Source: Chloroflexota bacterium (GTDB taxonomy: Bacteria > Chloroflexota > Dehalococcoidia > Bin125). From it: a stretch of DNA of 64,000 nt. This document shows, in pieces, positions 28,644 through 39,158 of the stretch. The stretch covers positions 26,752 through 90,751 of the forward strand of contig JAPPNI010000039.1 of the NCBI GenBank assembly GCA_028873865.1, in the 5' to 3' direction. The notes under the pieces are model-generated. The model worked only from the letters and a program-made list of their open reading frames with translations. It did no database searches and was not told the origin of the DNA. Numbering within the stretch: the stretch's first letter is position 1; every line of letters begins with the position of its first letter. A program made the position numbers and the translations under genes.

Positions 28644-29120
28644 ATGTCGGAGATCACGAACGCCGAAGCGGCGCACGCCGAATTGGACCAGGCCAGCGAG
28701 GAGTTCCGCGAACTCGTCACGGGACTGTCCAGCAAGGAATGGAACCGGAAGAGCAACAACGCCGCCTGGACGAATGGCCAGCTCTGCTGGCACATCGCCT
28801 TCACCGCGAGCGGAGGCACGCTGCGGGTGGCACGATTGCGCCAGAACAAGGACATGAAGCCGCCTGGGCCGCTGATGGCGGTCCTCAACGTCGTCAGCCT
28901 GTGGCTAGTGCGCATCCGATCGCGCGGCGCGACGCCCGATTCGGTGCTGGCCTTCTTTGAGGATCGCCTGTCGATGACGCGCGGAGTGATCGATACGGTC
29001 GCCGACGACGAGTGGGCCAACGGCGGCGTTTTCCTGGGCGAGCCGATGACCGTTGGCAGCTCCTTCGGATTCCTGCGCCAACACGTCAGTGAGCACGCGG
29101 CGGAGATGCGGCGCGACTAG
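28644..29120 (+). CDS. DinB/YfiT-like (mycothiol maleylpyruvate isomerase N-terminal-like) protein
   Basis: 158 aa four-helix bundle pattern. Confidence 0.55.
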   Translation: MSEITNAEAAHAELDQASEEFRELVTGLSSKEWNRKSNNAAWTNGQLCWHIAFTASGGTLRVARLRQNKDMKPPGPLMAVLNVVSLWLVRIRSRGATPDSVLAFFEDRLSMTRGVIDTVADDEWANGGVFLGEPMTVGSSFGFLRQHVSEHAAEMRRD

Positions 29121-29203
29121 GCCGTCGGCGCAGCGTCTGCGCTGAGTTCGGCGGTAATCCTCGATCGCGATCCGCCGATACGGGTAACGAACAGGACTGA
29201 ACC

Positions 29204-29680
29204 ATGTCAGAGATCACCAACGCTGAGGAGGCTCGCGCCTCGTTGGAACAGGCGCGCTCGGAGTATCGAGAACTCGTCCTTGGGATTTCCGAGGAGGAGT
29301 GGAATCGACAGAGCAATAATGCCGGCTGGACGAACGGTCAGCTCTGCTGGCATGTCGCCTTTGGAGTGGGAGCCGGGGGGCAGTCGCTCTCCCGGCTGCG
29401 CAAGAACAAGGGCATGGACCCGCCCGCACCGCTGATGGCGGTGATCAACTTCGCCAGCCTGTGGTACGTCCGCATCCGTTCGCGCGGCGCCACCGCGGAG
29501 TCGGTGCTCGCGTTGTTCGACGAGGGTTGCGGCAAGATGCAGCAACTGGCCGACGGCATTGGCGACGACGAGTGGGGCAACGGCGGTGTGGTGCTCGGCC
29601 AGGAGACGACGGTCGGCGGCGTATTCGCGTTTCCCAGCGAACACATCAGCGAACATGCCGCCGAAATGCGACGCGATTAG
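29204..29680 (+). CDS. DinB/YfiT-like protein, tandem paralog
   Basis: 158 aa, about 70% identical to 28644-29120. Confidence 0.55.
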   Translation: MSEITNAEEARASLEQARSEYRELVLGISEEEWNRQSNNAGWTNGQLCWHVAFGVGAGGQSLSRLRKNKGMDPPAPLMAVINFASLWYVRIRSRGATAESVLALFDEGCGKMQQLADGIGDDEWGNGGVVLGQETTVGGVFAFPSEHISEHAAEMRRD

Positions 29681-29695
29681 CTAGCAAGCACGCAG

Positions 29696-30127
29696 ATGCC
29701 CTTGAGTTCCGAGGAGATCTTCGAGCGCTACCCGCCACTGCGCGACATGGAAGCGGTCCCGCTCTTCCAGGAGCTCGGCTACCGCTTCAGCGACGCGGGC
29801 GAAGGCTGGTGCGAAATCACTCTGAGCGCGTCGCCGAAGACGCACAACCTCTACGGCATCGTCCATGGCGGCGTATGGCTATTGGTCGCGGATTCGGCGA
29901 TGGGCGGCGCGCTGGGCACGATTCAGGCCGAGGGTGAGCGGGTGATCACCGCGCAGTCGGAGTTCCGCTGGCTACGCGGTCTGGATGGCGACGTCATCCG
30001 TGCTCGCGCCGAAGTGATCCGTCGAGGGCGGACGCTGAGCCACTGCTCGGTTGACCTTTATGACGATCAAGGCCGCCACATCGGTCACGGCAATGGCACC
30101 TATGTGATGCTTCCGCCCGAGACATGA
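29696..30127 (+). CDS. PaaI-family hot-dog thioesterase
   Basis: 143 aa; HGG motif (YGIVHGGV) typical of PaaI/4HBT. Confidence 0.75.
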   Translation: MPLSSEEIFERYPPLRDMEAVPLFQELGYRFSDAGEGWCEITLSASPKTHNLYGIVHGGVWLLVADSAMGGALGTIQAEGERVITAQSEFRWLRGLDGDVIRARAEVIRRGRTLSHCSVDLYDDQGRHIGHGNGTYVMLPPET

Positions 30128-30194
30128 GCGGCGGTTGGCGAAGCTCTACCCTAGGGCTCCAATGGACCGCTGACCGGGGGAAGGACGTATCTGC

Positions 30195-30944
30195 ATGGCC
30201 GGACGACTGGATGGCAAGATCGCATTGATCACCGGTGGCGCGAGGGGCCAGGGCGCAGCCGAGGCGACGCTGTTTGCAGAAGAGGACGCGACGGTGGTGA
30301 TCACCGACGTGCTGGACTCGGACGGAGAGGCCACGGCGGCGGGCAGCGACGCCATTCGTTACCTGCACCACGACGTGACCAACGAGGACGAATGGATTTC
30401 CGTGGTCCAGGATGTGCTCGAGGACCATGGCAAGATCGACGCCTTCATCAACAATGCGGGCATCTACCGCCAATCGCCGATCGCCAGTCTCTCCGTCGAG
30501 GAGTACATGGAGGTGATCAACATCAATCAGGTTGGCGTCTTCCTCGGCCTGAAGCACGTGGGACCGGTGATGTGCGAGGCCGGATCGGGTTCGATCATCA
30601 ACATCTCATCAATCGCCGGTATGCGCGGTGGGCCTGGCTCGCTGGCCTACTCGGCCTCAAAGTGGGCTGTGCGTGGGATGACCAAGGTCGCGATGGGAGA
30701 GTTCGCGCCCGCCGGTGTTCGGGTCAACTCGATTCATCCCGGGCTGATCGAGACGCCGATGCTGCATCAGCTACCGGCGATCGAACAGGGGCTCACTGAC
30801 CAGTTGGTTCGCCGAATTCCCTACGGCCGGATCGCCGAGGCCGTTGAAGTCGCCAAGCTGGCGCTATTCCTCGCTTCGGATGACTCCGAGTACATGAACG
30901 GCACCGAGTTCATCATCGACGGCGGGATGATTCAGGGAATCTGA
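30195..30944 (+). CDS. SDR family oxidoreductase
   Basis: TGGARGQG, NNAG, YSASK motifs. Confidence 0.9.
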   Translation: MAGRLDGKIALITGGARGQGAAEATLFAEEDATVVITDVLDSDGEATAAGSDAIRYLHHDVTNEDEWISVVQDVLEDHGKIDAFINNAGIYRQSPIASLSVEEYMEVININQVGVFLGLKHVGPVMCEAGSGSIINISSIAGMRGGPGSLAYSASKWAVRGMTKVAMGEFAPAGVRVNSIHPGLIETPMLHQLPAIEQGLTDQLVRRIPYGRIAEAVEVAKLALFLASDDSEYMNGTEFIIDGGMIQGI

Positions 30945-30973
30945 ACGGACAGTCCTGTGATCCTGGCTGCATC

Positions 30974-32383
30974 ATGAGCGCTCCCCCCGTCCAATACACG
31001 CGGACAGAGGACGATGTCGACATCGCCTGGGTAGAACAGGGCCGCGGCAAGCCATTGGTTGTGTCGACCGGACCGATGCTGCCACTCAACGTCGGTTGGG
31101 ACCCGGGCGGAGTCTGGGAACGGCTTTCTCAGTCATTCCGCGTGATCCGATTCGATCCCCGTGGCTGCGGTCTGTCAGAGCGCGACGGCGTGTTCGGTTC
31201 GTTCCACGATGAGGCGATGGATCTGGCGGCCGTGGTCAATGAAGTGGGGGCGCCGAGGGTGGCGCTGATGGGCCACTACATTGGCACGCCGGCTGCCGTG
31301 ATTGCGATGCTGAACGAGCCGGAGCGATACACACACTTGTTCCTGCACTTGCCAATCCCCATGGGCGGCGACCGGTCGGGTATGACGCAACACAGCGAAG
31401 TCAGCGATCTCATAGACAAAACGGTGGAGAATCTGCTGCGGTTGGGTTGGCAGCACCACGACGAAGCGGCTCGGCGCGCGTTACTCACGATGATCGCACC
31501 GTCCGCCGACGAGGACACGTTGCGCAATCTGTCGCAAATGATGCATCACTACCCGTCCATGACCCGCTTGTTCGGTCTGGTTCGAGAGATGCGAGATCTT
31601 GATCTACGAAAGGAGTTGCGCGACGTTGAGATACCGACCCTGATCTCCATCCCGTCGGAAGAGGAGGGCTTTGACGGGGGATACAGTTCGATGGGCCGCG
31701 ATTGGGCACGAATCATCCGCGGCGCGCGATTGATCGTGGCGACCGACCACACGCCGGTGCTGGTTGACCACGCCCCCGCCATCTCGCAGATCGCCGATGC
31801 ACTTGAGGACTTCATCGGTGTTGACGAAGCAATCCGGACGGCCGGCGAGGCGACGCGCACGATTTTGTTCACCGACATTGAGGGATCGACCTCGATGGTC
31901 GACCGGTTGGGCGACGATGGGGCGCGAGCGATCACCCGCGAGATCGAACAGCTGACTCACACAGCGATTCGTGACCACCAGGGCGTGCTGGTGAAGACGA
32001 TGGGCGATGGCGTGTTGGCATGGTTCGGGGCTGCGTCGGCGGCGGTCGAGACGGCGGTACAGATTCAATCGCAACTCGCGACACACGAGCGCTATAGCGA
32101 TGTCTACGTCCGGATCGGCATGAGCGCCGGCGAGCCGATCGCAGAATCGGACGATCTATATGGAGCCACGGTCAATCAGGCGGCGAGAATCATGTCGATG
32201 GCGCAAGGTGGCCAGATCCTCGTCTCTGATCTCGTTCGTGGACTGCTCCAGGGGCGCAGATTCCGCTTCGAGGATCGAGGCAAACATCAACTCCGCGGGT
32301 TCCGCGACTCGATCCAGATCTTCAGCGTTGACTGGCAGGGCGCGTCGGGCGACAGCACGCCCCTGGAAGGGACAAACCAATGA
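30974..32383 (+). CDS. alpha/beta-hydrolase-fold domain fused to class III adenylate/guanylate cyclase domain
   Basis: 469 aa; C-terminal ILFTDIEGST...GDG...GIH.GE...YG..VN.AARI cyclase homology domain; N-terminal hydrolase-like fold (GHYIG). Confidence 0.75.
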   Translation: MSAPPVQYTRTEDDVDIAWVEQGRGKPLVVSTGPMLPLNVGWDPGGVWERLSQSFRVIRFDPRGCGLSERDGVFGSFHDEAMDLAAVVNEVGAPRVALMGHYIGTPAAVIAMLNEPERYTHLFLHLPIPMGGDRSGMTQHSEVSDLIDKTVENLLRLGWQHHDEAARRALLTMIAPSADEDTLRNLSQMMHHYPSMTRLFGLVREMRDLDLRKELRDVEIPTLISIPSEEEGFDGGYSSMGRDWARIIRGARLIVATDHTPVLVDHAPAISQIADALEDFIGVDEAIRTAGEATRTILFTDIEGSTSMVDRLGDDGARAITREIEQLTHTAIRDHQGVLVKTMGDGVLAWFGAASAAVETAVQIQSQLATHERYSDVYVRIGMSAGEPIAESDDLYGATVNQAARIMSMAQGGQILVSDLVRGLLQGRRFRFEDRGKHQLRGFRDSIQIFSVDWQGASGDSTPLEGTNQ

Positions 32384-33369
32384 CTGAGATGACCAAGCGT
32401 GAACGCGTTCGCGCCGCGATTTCGGGCGATCCGGTCGACCGACCGCCGGCGTCCCTCTGGGGACACGACTTCTTGCGCGAGTGGAGCAACGACGAGCTGG
32501 TCGGCGCGACCTGCGAACAGTACGAGGCGTACGACTGGGACTTCATCAAGATCAATCCTCGATGGTCGATGTTCCCCGAGGCCTGGGGCGCCGTCTATTC
32601 GCCACCGAAGGAGCAGACGAACCAGACGTTGGTGAGCGCGGCCCTGAATGAACTCGATGAGCTTCATGACGTCGTACCTGTCCATGCCGAGCGCGGTGTG
32701 TTCGGAGAACACATCGAATCCACCCGCCTAGTGGTCGAGCGGACCGAGGGTGAGGTTGACGTCGTGCAGACCGTGTTTTCGCCGATGGCAACGGTTGGAC
32801 TGATGTTCGGTCATCCGCGGGCCTTCAAGCAGGCAGCGGCCGAGGCCCCGGCTGCCGTACACGGGGCGATTGCCCGAGTGACGGAGACGATCATCAACTA
32901 CAGCCGGGCCAATCTGAACGCTGGCGCCTCAGGCGTCTTCTACGCGCCGCTGCAATGGGCCAGCCATGCCAACTCGACGCCCGACTTCTACCGCGAGTTC
33001 GGCCGTCCTTACGACCTACAGGTCCTGGATGCGATCCGCGACGCCGAGTTCAACATCCTCCACGTCTGCTTTAACAACAACATGCTGACCGACGTGCTCG
33101 ACTACCCGGTCCACGCATTCAACTGGGACGACCGGGACGAGAGCAACGCCAGCCTGGCCGATATCTGGTCGGCGACTGACAAGGCCGTGATGGGCGGTGT
33201 CAGTCGGAGCGGTCTGGGGGAACTCGGCCCCGACGAGATTCGCGCACAAGCGTCGGAAGCGGCGAGCGTTGGGAGTACGAGAGTCTTCGTCACCGGCGGC
33301 TGCTCAATCCCACCGCACACGACGCACGAGAACCGCGCCGCCGTGGCGGCCGGCGCTCGCGGAAACTGA
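32380..33369 (+). CDS. uroporphyrinogen-decarboxylase (URO-D)-like family protein (possible methyltransferase)
   Basis: 329 aa; N-terminal TKRERV..AI.G.PVDRPP URO-D/MtaA-like signature. Confidence 0.65.
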   Translation: MTEMTKRERVRAAISGDPVDRPPASLWGHDFLREWSNDELVGATCEQYEAYDWDFIKINPRWSMFPEAWGAVYSPPKEQTNQTLVSAALNELDELHDVVPVHAERGVFGEHIESTRLVVERTEGEVDVVQTVFSPMATVGLMFGHPRAFKQAAAEAPAAVHGAIARVTETIINYSRANLNAGASGVFYAPLQWASHANSTPDFYREFGRPYDLQVLDAIRDAEFNILHVCFNNNMLTDVLDYPVHAFNWDDRDESNASLADIWSATDKAVMGGVSRSGLGELGPDEIRAQASEAASVGSTRVFVTGGCSIPPHTTHENRAAVAAGARGN

Positions 33370-33381
33370 CATATATGCCGG

Positions 33382-34593
33382 CTAGCTCGTCGGAATCCGA
33401 TAGAGGTCGGAGGCGTTTCTCTCCAGCACCGCGGTCCTCACTTCTGGATCAAGATCGCCGAGGACGTTGGCGATGTGCTCCTGGCTCCTGGGGTAGAGGC
33501 AGGTCGGGTGGGGGAAATCGGTCTCGAAGAGGACGTTCTTGACGCCGATCTGCTCGATCACCTTGCGCGGACCGAAGTCCTCGAACCAGAAGCAGGCCCA
33601 GATGTTGCGGCGGAACTTCTCCGTCGGACGCAACTCGTGGTGTTTGACTTCCGTCGGGACCATCTCGTCCCACTGGTATTCGCAGGCCTCGAGCAGGAAG
33701 GGGATCCAGCCGATCCCGCTCTCGACCGAAACAAACTTGAGCCGCGGGAACCGCTCCAGCACGTCGCTGTAGAGCAGGTTGGAAATCATCCGCGCGTTGT
33801 CGATGTAGATGTTGGCCGCGCCGATCGCGAGCTTGCACTCCGGGCCCATCGATTCCCACGGCGACGAGACGAACGGCGAGGGAGCGCCCTTGGCCCCTCC
33901 GGAGCCGATGTGGAAGTTGAGCACGACATCGAGGTCCTGGGCGAGTTCGAAGAACGGGTCCCAGTGCGAGGTGCCGTAGTCGGGCAGGTCGAACTTCTCC
34001 GGCGTGTCGCAGATCGTGTAGCCGCGCGTGCCGTACTCCTCGACCGTGCGGCGCATCTCGGCCAGCGTCGCGTCAAGGTCCCAGAAAGGCAGTAGCGCCT
34101 GCGGGAACAGGCGGCCGCCCGACGTGGTCTGCCACTCGCCCATTGCGTCGTTGTAGGTAGTCACGCAGGCGTTGCGCAGTTCCTGGTCGGGAATGTTGAG
34201 GAAGTTTGCCGACGCAAATCCTGAAATGTTCGGGTAGACGATCTGCGCGTACAGCCCCAAGCGCTCCATCAGCTCCAGCCGTGCGGGCACTTCGTATGCA
34301 GCGGCGTCGAGACGCTCGAAATCGTGTACGCCGAGGATGCCGAGCACCTTGTCGCCGCTGCTCTCCACGACCGACAGGCCCACCGGGCCGAGCGGCACGT
34401 CGCCGTCAACGAACCAGAAATGTTCGCCGTCGATCTTGCGCAGCTGCGGCATCCGGTCTCGTAGTGTGGCCGGCGCGCGCGAGGTCCAGAGGTCGGGCGG
34501 CTCGGTGACGTGCGAGTCGCAGTCGATCACGTTGATGCCCTGAATCGCGTTGAGCATCGGATTCTCGTGGACGGTCGGATTGGCGCTGACCAT
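33382..34593 (-). CDS. amidohydrolase-2 family protein (ACMSD/LigI/LigW-like)
   Basis: start taken as ATG 34593 (MVSANPTV); IDCDSHV metal-binding motif near N-terminus. Confidence 0.75.
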   Translation of the reverse strand: MVSANPTVHENPMLNAIQGINVIDCDSHVTEPPDLWTSRAPATLRDRMPQLRKIDGEHFWFVDGDVPLGPVGLSVVESSGDKVLGILGVHDFERLDAAAYEVPARLELMERLGLYAQIVYPNISGFASANFLNIPDQELRNACVTTYNDAMGEWQTTSGGRLFPQALLPFWDLDATLAEMRRTVEEYGTRGYTICDTPEKFDLPDYGTSHWDPFFELAQDLDVVLNFHIGSGGAKGAPSPFVSSPWESMGPECKLAIGAANIYIDNARMISNLLYSDVLERFPRLKFVSVESGIGWIPFLLEACEYQWDEMVPTEVKHHELRPTEKFRRNIWACFWFEDFGPRKVIEQIGVKNVLFETDFPHPTCLYPRSQEHIANVLGDLDPEVRTAVLERNASDLYRIPTS

Positions 34594-34652
34594 GACGCTG
34601 CCTTTCGATGGATGCCGGACCCCGAGATCAAGGGCAATGCTATGCGATTGGT

Positions 34653-35435
34653 TTAGTCGCTGCCGACGCGTTGGGCGAGCGCCCCAGCGGCAATACATGC
34701 GCCAGCCGCGATGCCCATTGTGAACAGGAGCCAGGGCCAGAAGAGCTCGGCGGTGCCCCACGAGTCCGACCCGACGCCTGAGGCATTGGCCCCGTACTCA
34801 AGCCACCAAGCGAAGAACACGTAAAGCGCCAGCGCGACGTTCAAGGGACTGAGCACGGGACCGCCAAAGCCGCGTCCCACGATCCAGCGACTGAGCAGGG
34901 CCATGAAGGTGAGTGCCGCGCCCCATGTGAGCGCCGCCTCGGGCACGCTGGCCTGACTGTGCCACATCGCCAGGTGCAGCCCGAACGCAAACAGGGAGAA
35001 CAACAACCACCAGGCCGCCAGTGGGTTGACTGCGTACGGGGCGATGGCGCGAGCGCCCAGCAGAATGCCGCAAAACAGGAGTGAGAACGGCCAGTAGATC
35101 GGTTCGGCCGCGAAGATCTCACCGAGGCTGGTGAAGCTAATCAGCATCTCACCGACCACCAGGCCGGCCACGCCCAGCACGACCACCAGATTCTCTGTCG
35201 CAAGCAGGTCGCCTCGCAGCGGCCGCAGCGTCAAAGCGCGCGAAATGAGCAGCAGGGAGATCAGCATCGCGGCCCAGCCGGCGGACAGCTCGGGGCCAGC
35301 CCCGCTGATCTCGAGGAAAGTCTCAAGCAGAAAAACCAGTACGGCGGCGATGATCACCGTCCGCCATCCGGTGTCATCCCAGATGCCGCGCAACGTTCCG
35401 ACCGGATCGTTCAGAATCTGTTCGCGATGCAGCAT
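34653..35435 (-). CDS. hypothetical polytopic membrane protein
   Basis: about 260 aa, 7-8 predicted TM helices; SD GAGGGGAG before ATG 35435. Confidence 0.45.
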   Translation of the reverse strand: MLHREQILNDPVGTLRGIWDDTGWRTVIIAAVLVFLLETFLEISGAGPELSAGWAAMLISLLLISRALTLRPLRGDLLATENLVVVLGVAGLVVGEMLISFTSLGEIFAAEPIYWPFSLLFCGILLGARAIAPYAVNPLAAWWLLFSLFAFGLHLAMWHSQASVPEAALTWGAALTFMALLSRWIVGRGFGGPVLSPLNVALALYVFFAWWLEYGANASGVGSDSWGTAELFWPWLLFTMGIAAGACIAAGALAQRVGSD

Positions 35436-35541
35436 GGCCATCTCCCCTCGGGACCGGTGTCTGTTGGTGGGAACGTAAGGCTTTGAAATCCGGCATGCCG
35501 TACGTTGCGGGCAACCCAATACACAGAGCGAGGAGCGAAGT

Positions 35542-36345
35542 ATGGGAGTACTCGACGGGAAAGTCGCGTTGATTACAGGAGGAGGTTCGGGGATCGGCCT
35601 GGCGACATCTCAACTGTTCGCGTCGGAGGGTGCTCAAGTCGCGATGTTCGACCGAAACGCCGATCTGGTCAACGAGACCGCCCGCGAAATCGGTTCCAGC
35701 GCGTTCGCGATTAGCGGCGACGTGACCAGCGAGGACGACGTTGCCCGCATGGTTGCGTCATGCGTGGAACGCTTCGGCCGACTCGACATCGCCTTCAACA
35801 ACGCCGGCATTGCCGGGGCCGCGCCGATTCACGATCACGAGTTGAGTCACTTTCAGCACGTCATCGATGTCTGCCTGACCGGCGTCTTCCTCTGCCTCAA
35901 ACACCAGTCAAAGCAGCTCATCGCCCAGGGCCAGGGAGGTTCGCTGATCAACACGGCGAGCATCAACGCAACCCAGGCGACCAAAGGTCTCAGCGCTTAC
36001 TGCTCGGCCAAGGCGGGCGTCGCCATGCTGACCAAGGTCTCGGCGCTGGAGTTGGGTGAACACGGCATCCGCGTCAACGCCATCGGCCCCGGTCACACCA
36101 GGACACCGATGACGGAGCGCGCCCGGGACGTGGAAGGATTCGACGAGGCGATGATCGGCGCGACCCCGCTGGGCCGGCTTGGAGAGCCTGAGGACCTTGC
36201 CCGGATGGCGCTCTTCCTCGGCAGCGACGCAAGCCCGTGGGTCTCGGGCCAGCTCTTCTACGTGGACGGTGGAATCACGGTGAACGAGCTGCCGCCCGGG
36301 TTCAATCTGCTCGAAGCCCAGCCGAGGCAACCACGCGGCGACTAG
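35542..36345 (+). CDS. SDR family oxidoreductase (classical, paralog pair A1)
   Basis: TGGGSGIG, NNAG, YCSAK. Confidence 0.9.
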   Translation: MGVLDGKVALITGGGSGIGLATSQLFASEGAQVAMFDRNADLVNETAREIGSSAFAISGDVTSEDDVARMVASCVERFGRLDIAFNNAGIAGAAPIHDHELSHFQHVIDVCLTGVFLCLKHQSKQLIAQGQGGSLINTASINATQATKGLSAYCSAKAGVAMLTKVSALELGEHGIRVNAIGPGHTRTPMTERARDVEGFDEAMIGATPLGRLGEPEDLARMALFLGSDASPWVSGQLFYVDGGITVNELPPGFNLLEAQPRQPRGD

Positions 36346-36438
36346 CGAAATGGCTTCCGTCGTCGCCCCGTTCCGTCGCTGCGAGCGCGGGAGTAGCGGC
36401 GATGGTGAGTGATCCAATCAAGCAGACAGGAGCGAACG

Positions 36439-37227
36439 ATGGGACAACTTGATGGCAAGGCCGCGTTGATTACCGGCGCGGCTTCGGGAATTGGACTGGC
36501 AGCGGCGAAGCGCTTCGCTGAGGAGGGCGCACAGGTTGCGCTCGCCGACCGCAACGCGGACGGTGCAGCTGAAGCGGCGCGAGAAATCGGCTCGCAAGCG
36601 ATGGCGATCACGGCCGACGTGACCGACGAGGGCGACGTCGCCAACATGGTTATGTCCTGTGTCGATCGCTTCGGCAGGTTGGATGTCGCCTTCAACAACG
36701 CCGGGATCGGCGGCTTCTCGCCTATCCAGGACTATCCGCTGCACCAGTTTCAGCGTGTGATCGACGTCTGCCTGACCGGGGTCTTCCTCTGCATCAAGCA
36801 CGAGGCGAAGCACCTGATCGAACAGGGCAGCGGTGGTTCGATCATCAACACCGCATCGCTGAACAGCGTCCAGGCGACCGAGGGTCTCTCGGCTTACTGT
36901 TCCGCCAAGGCGGGGGTGGCGATGCTGACCAAGGTCTCGGCGCTCGAGCTTGGTCGCCACAACATCCGCGTCAACAGCATCGGACCAGGTTTGATCCGCA
37001 CGCCGCTGACCGAAGGATTGCGAGACGTGCCCGGACTCGAGGATGCCTTTGCCGCCGAAGCTCCGCTCGGACGCGTTGGCGAACCAGAGGATGTGGCCCA
37101 GCTCGCGCTCTGGCTGGCATCCGACGCGTCGTCGCTGATGACGGGTCAGACCGTCCAGCTCAACGGGGGCGCCGACATCAACAAGTACCCGCCGCTGTTT
37201 GACTTCTTCGGCCAAGGGCCGCAGTAG
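36439..37227 (+). CDS. SDR family oxidoreductase (paralog pair A2)
   Basis: about 60% identical to 35542-36345; same motifs. Confidence 0.9.
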   Translation: MGQLDGKAALITGAASGIGLAAAKRFAEEGAQVALADRNADGAAEAAREIGSQAMAITADVTDEGDVANMVMSCVDRFGRLDVAFNNAGIGGFSPIQDYPLHQFQRVIDVCLTGVFLCIKHEAKHLIEQGSGGSIINTASLNSVQATEGLSAYCSAKAGVAMLTKVSALELGRHNIRVNSIGPGLIRTPLTEGLRDVPGLEDAFAAEAPLGRVGEPEDVAQLALWLASDASSLMTGQTVQLNGGADINKYPPLFDFFGQGPQ

Positions 37228-37280
37228 TCCCTAGACTGCCTGCCGATTGAACGCTTCGTATCACCGATCGGGAGATGATC

Positions 37281-38177
37281 ATGCGCGAGTTCGCAGGTAG
37301 CACAGCAGTCGTGACAGGGGCAGCCAGCGGCATGGGACTCGCGTTCGCCCGGCGCTTCGCCGCCGAGGGCATGAACGTCGTCCTTGCCGACATCGAGAAG
37401 GATGCGCTCAACGCCCAGGTGGCGAGACTCCAGCAAGAAGAGCGCAATGTGCTCGGCGTCGTTGTCGACACCATGCGACGGGAAGCCCTGGAGAACCTTC
37501 GCGACCGGACGATCGAGCAGTACGGCAACATTCACATCCTGATCAATAACGCCGGTGTCGCCGGTGGCGAGGATGCTGGCGTCTACCCCGACGGCACGGT
37601 TCGCGGTTCCTGGGAGGTAGCGGACGAGACCTGGAACTGGGTGCTGGGCGTGAACTTCTGGGGAGTGCTGTACGGCCTGCAGGTTTTCGTCCCACACATG
37701 CTTGGGCACGGTGAGGAAGGCCACATCGTGAACACCGCCTCGCTGGCCGGTCTGATGCCCGGCGGCGGCGCGTACAGCGTGTCCAAGCACGCCGTGCTGA
37801 CGCTGACCGAAGGTATCTATCAGCAGTTCCAGGCGATGGACGCCAACCTCAGCGCCTCTGTCCTCTGCCCCGGATTCGTCAACACGAACATCGGCCACGC
37901 CGACCGCAACCGGCCAGAGGAGTATGGTGGCGAGTCGGAACGCACCGCAGAACAAGAACAGGCGATCGCGATGATGCTCGGCGGAGGCATGGATCCCGAC
38001 CAGGTCGCGGACATCGTCTTCGACTCGATCGTCGAGCAGCGCTGCTACATCCTGCCGCATCCCGCGTGGGACGATGTCGTCCTCGGTCGGGTCGAGCATG
38101 TCCTGGCGCGTGAGGCTCCGATTTCCGTCGATATGGAAGAGATGCTGCGTCGTCGTGCGGCAGGCCAGGAAGTCTGA
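37281..38177 (+). CDS. SDR family oxidoreductase, about 300 aa subfamily (B1)
   Basis: MREFAGSTAVVTGAASGMG...NNAG...YSVSK; C-terminal extension. Confidence 0.85.
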   Translation: MREFAGSTAVVTGAASGMGLAFARRFAAEGMNVVLADIEKDALNAQVARLQQEERNVLGVVVDTMRREALENLRDRTIEQYGNIHILINNAGVAGGEDAGVYPDGTVRGSWEVADETWNWVLGVNFWGVLYGLQVFVPHMLGHGEEGHIVNTASLAGLMPGGGAYSVSKHAVLTLTEGIYQQFQAMDANLSASVLCPGFVNTNIGHADRNRPEEYGGESERTAEQEQAIAMMLGGGMDPDQVADIVFDSIVEQRCYILPHPAWDDVVLGRVEHVLAREAPISVDMEEMLRRRAAGQEV

Positions 38178-38209
38178 CAGAAATCCCAACACAACAGGAG
38201 GATGGCACC

Positions 38210-39085
38210 ATGCGTGAGTTTGCAGGTAAGACCGCGGTCGTCACGGGCGGCGCGAGCGGGATCGGCCTGGCGATGGTCGAACGCTTCGCCTCGGAGGGCA
38301 TGAACGTCGTGCTCGCCGATATTCAAGAAGACACGCTCCAGGCCCAGGTCCGGCGGTTGGAGCAGGAAGAGCACTCGGTGATGGGTGTCGTTGTGGACAC
38401 GATGCAACGGGCGTCGCTGGAGCGGGCTCGCGACGAGGCGATCGAGCGCTTCGGCAACGTTCACATCCTTTGCAACAACGCCGGCGTCTTCAGCTTCCAG
38501 GACGCCATGGGCCTGGGTCCGGAGACGACCAACGTCTGGGATGTGGACGACAGCGTCTGGGAGTGGGTGATCGGCGTGAACTTCTGGGGAGTGCTCTACG
38601 GCGTTCAAGCGTTTCTGCCGCACATGGTCGGACACGGCGAGGACGGCCACGTCGTCAATACCTCCTCGGTCGCCGGACTGACCCCGGGCGGCAGCGCCTA
38701 CAGCGTGTCGAAGCATGGTGTCCTGACGCTGACCGAAGGTCTGCACCAGAACCTACAGCGCATCGGCTCCAGGATTGGCGCATCCGTGCTCTGTCCGGGC
38801 GCTGTGCAGACGCAGATCATGAACGCCGACCGCAATCGTCCGGACGAGTACGGAGGCGTCGGCGAACGCTCAGAGGGAGAAGCCGCGGCGTTCGACGCAT
38901 TCCTCGCTTCGGGCATCGATCCGGCCAACGTGGCGGATCAGGTGCTGCAGTCGATCGTCGAAGAACGCTGCTACATCCTGCCGCATCCCGACTGGGACGA
39001 TGTCGTACGCCAGCGCGTCGAGAACATCATCGCCCGGACCGTTCCGGCGGCGCGGATCCCGAGAGGGCAAATGCCCCGCCGCTGA
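38210..39085 (+). CDS. SDR family oxidoreductase (B2)
   Basis: MREFAGKTAVVTGGASGIG; paralog of B1. Confidence 0.85.
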   Translation: MREFAGKTAVVTGGASGIGLAMVERFASEGMNVVLADIQEDTLQAQVRRLEQEEHSVMGVVVDTMQRASLERARDEAIERFGNVHILCNNAGVFSFQDAMGLGPETTNVWDVDDSVWEWVIGVNFWGVLYGVQAFLPHMVGHGEDGHVVNTSSVAGLTPGGSAYSVSKHGVLTLTEGLHQNLQRIGSRIGASVLCPGAVQTQIMNADRNRPDEYGGVGERSEGEAAAFDAFLASGIDPANVADQVLQSIVEERCYILPHPDWDDVVRQRVENIIARTVPAARIPRGQMPRR

Positions 39086-39158
39086 GCGGATTCCAACGCC
39101 GCTTCTAGACTGCGCGGACAATCGACCGAAGACTCGGAGTGCTCTGAGAGGAGCGACC

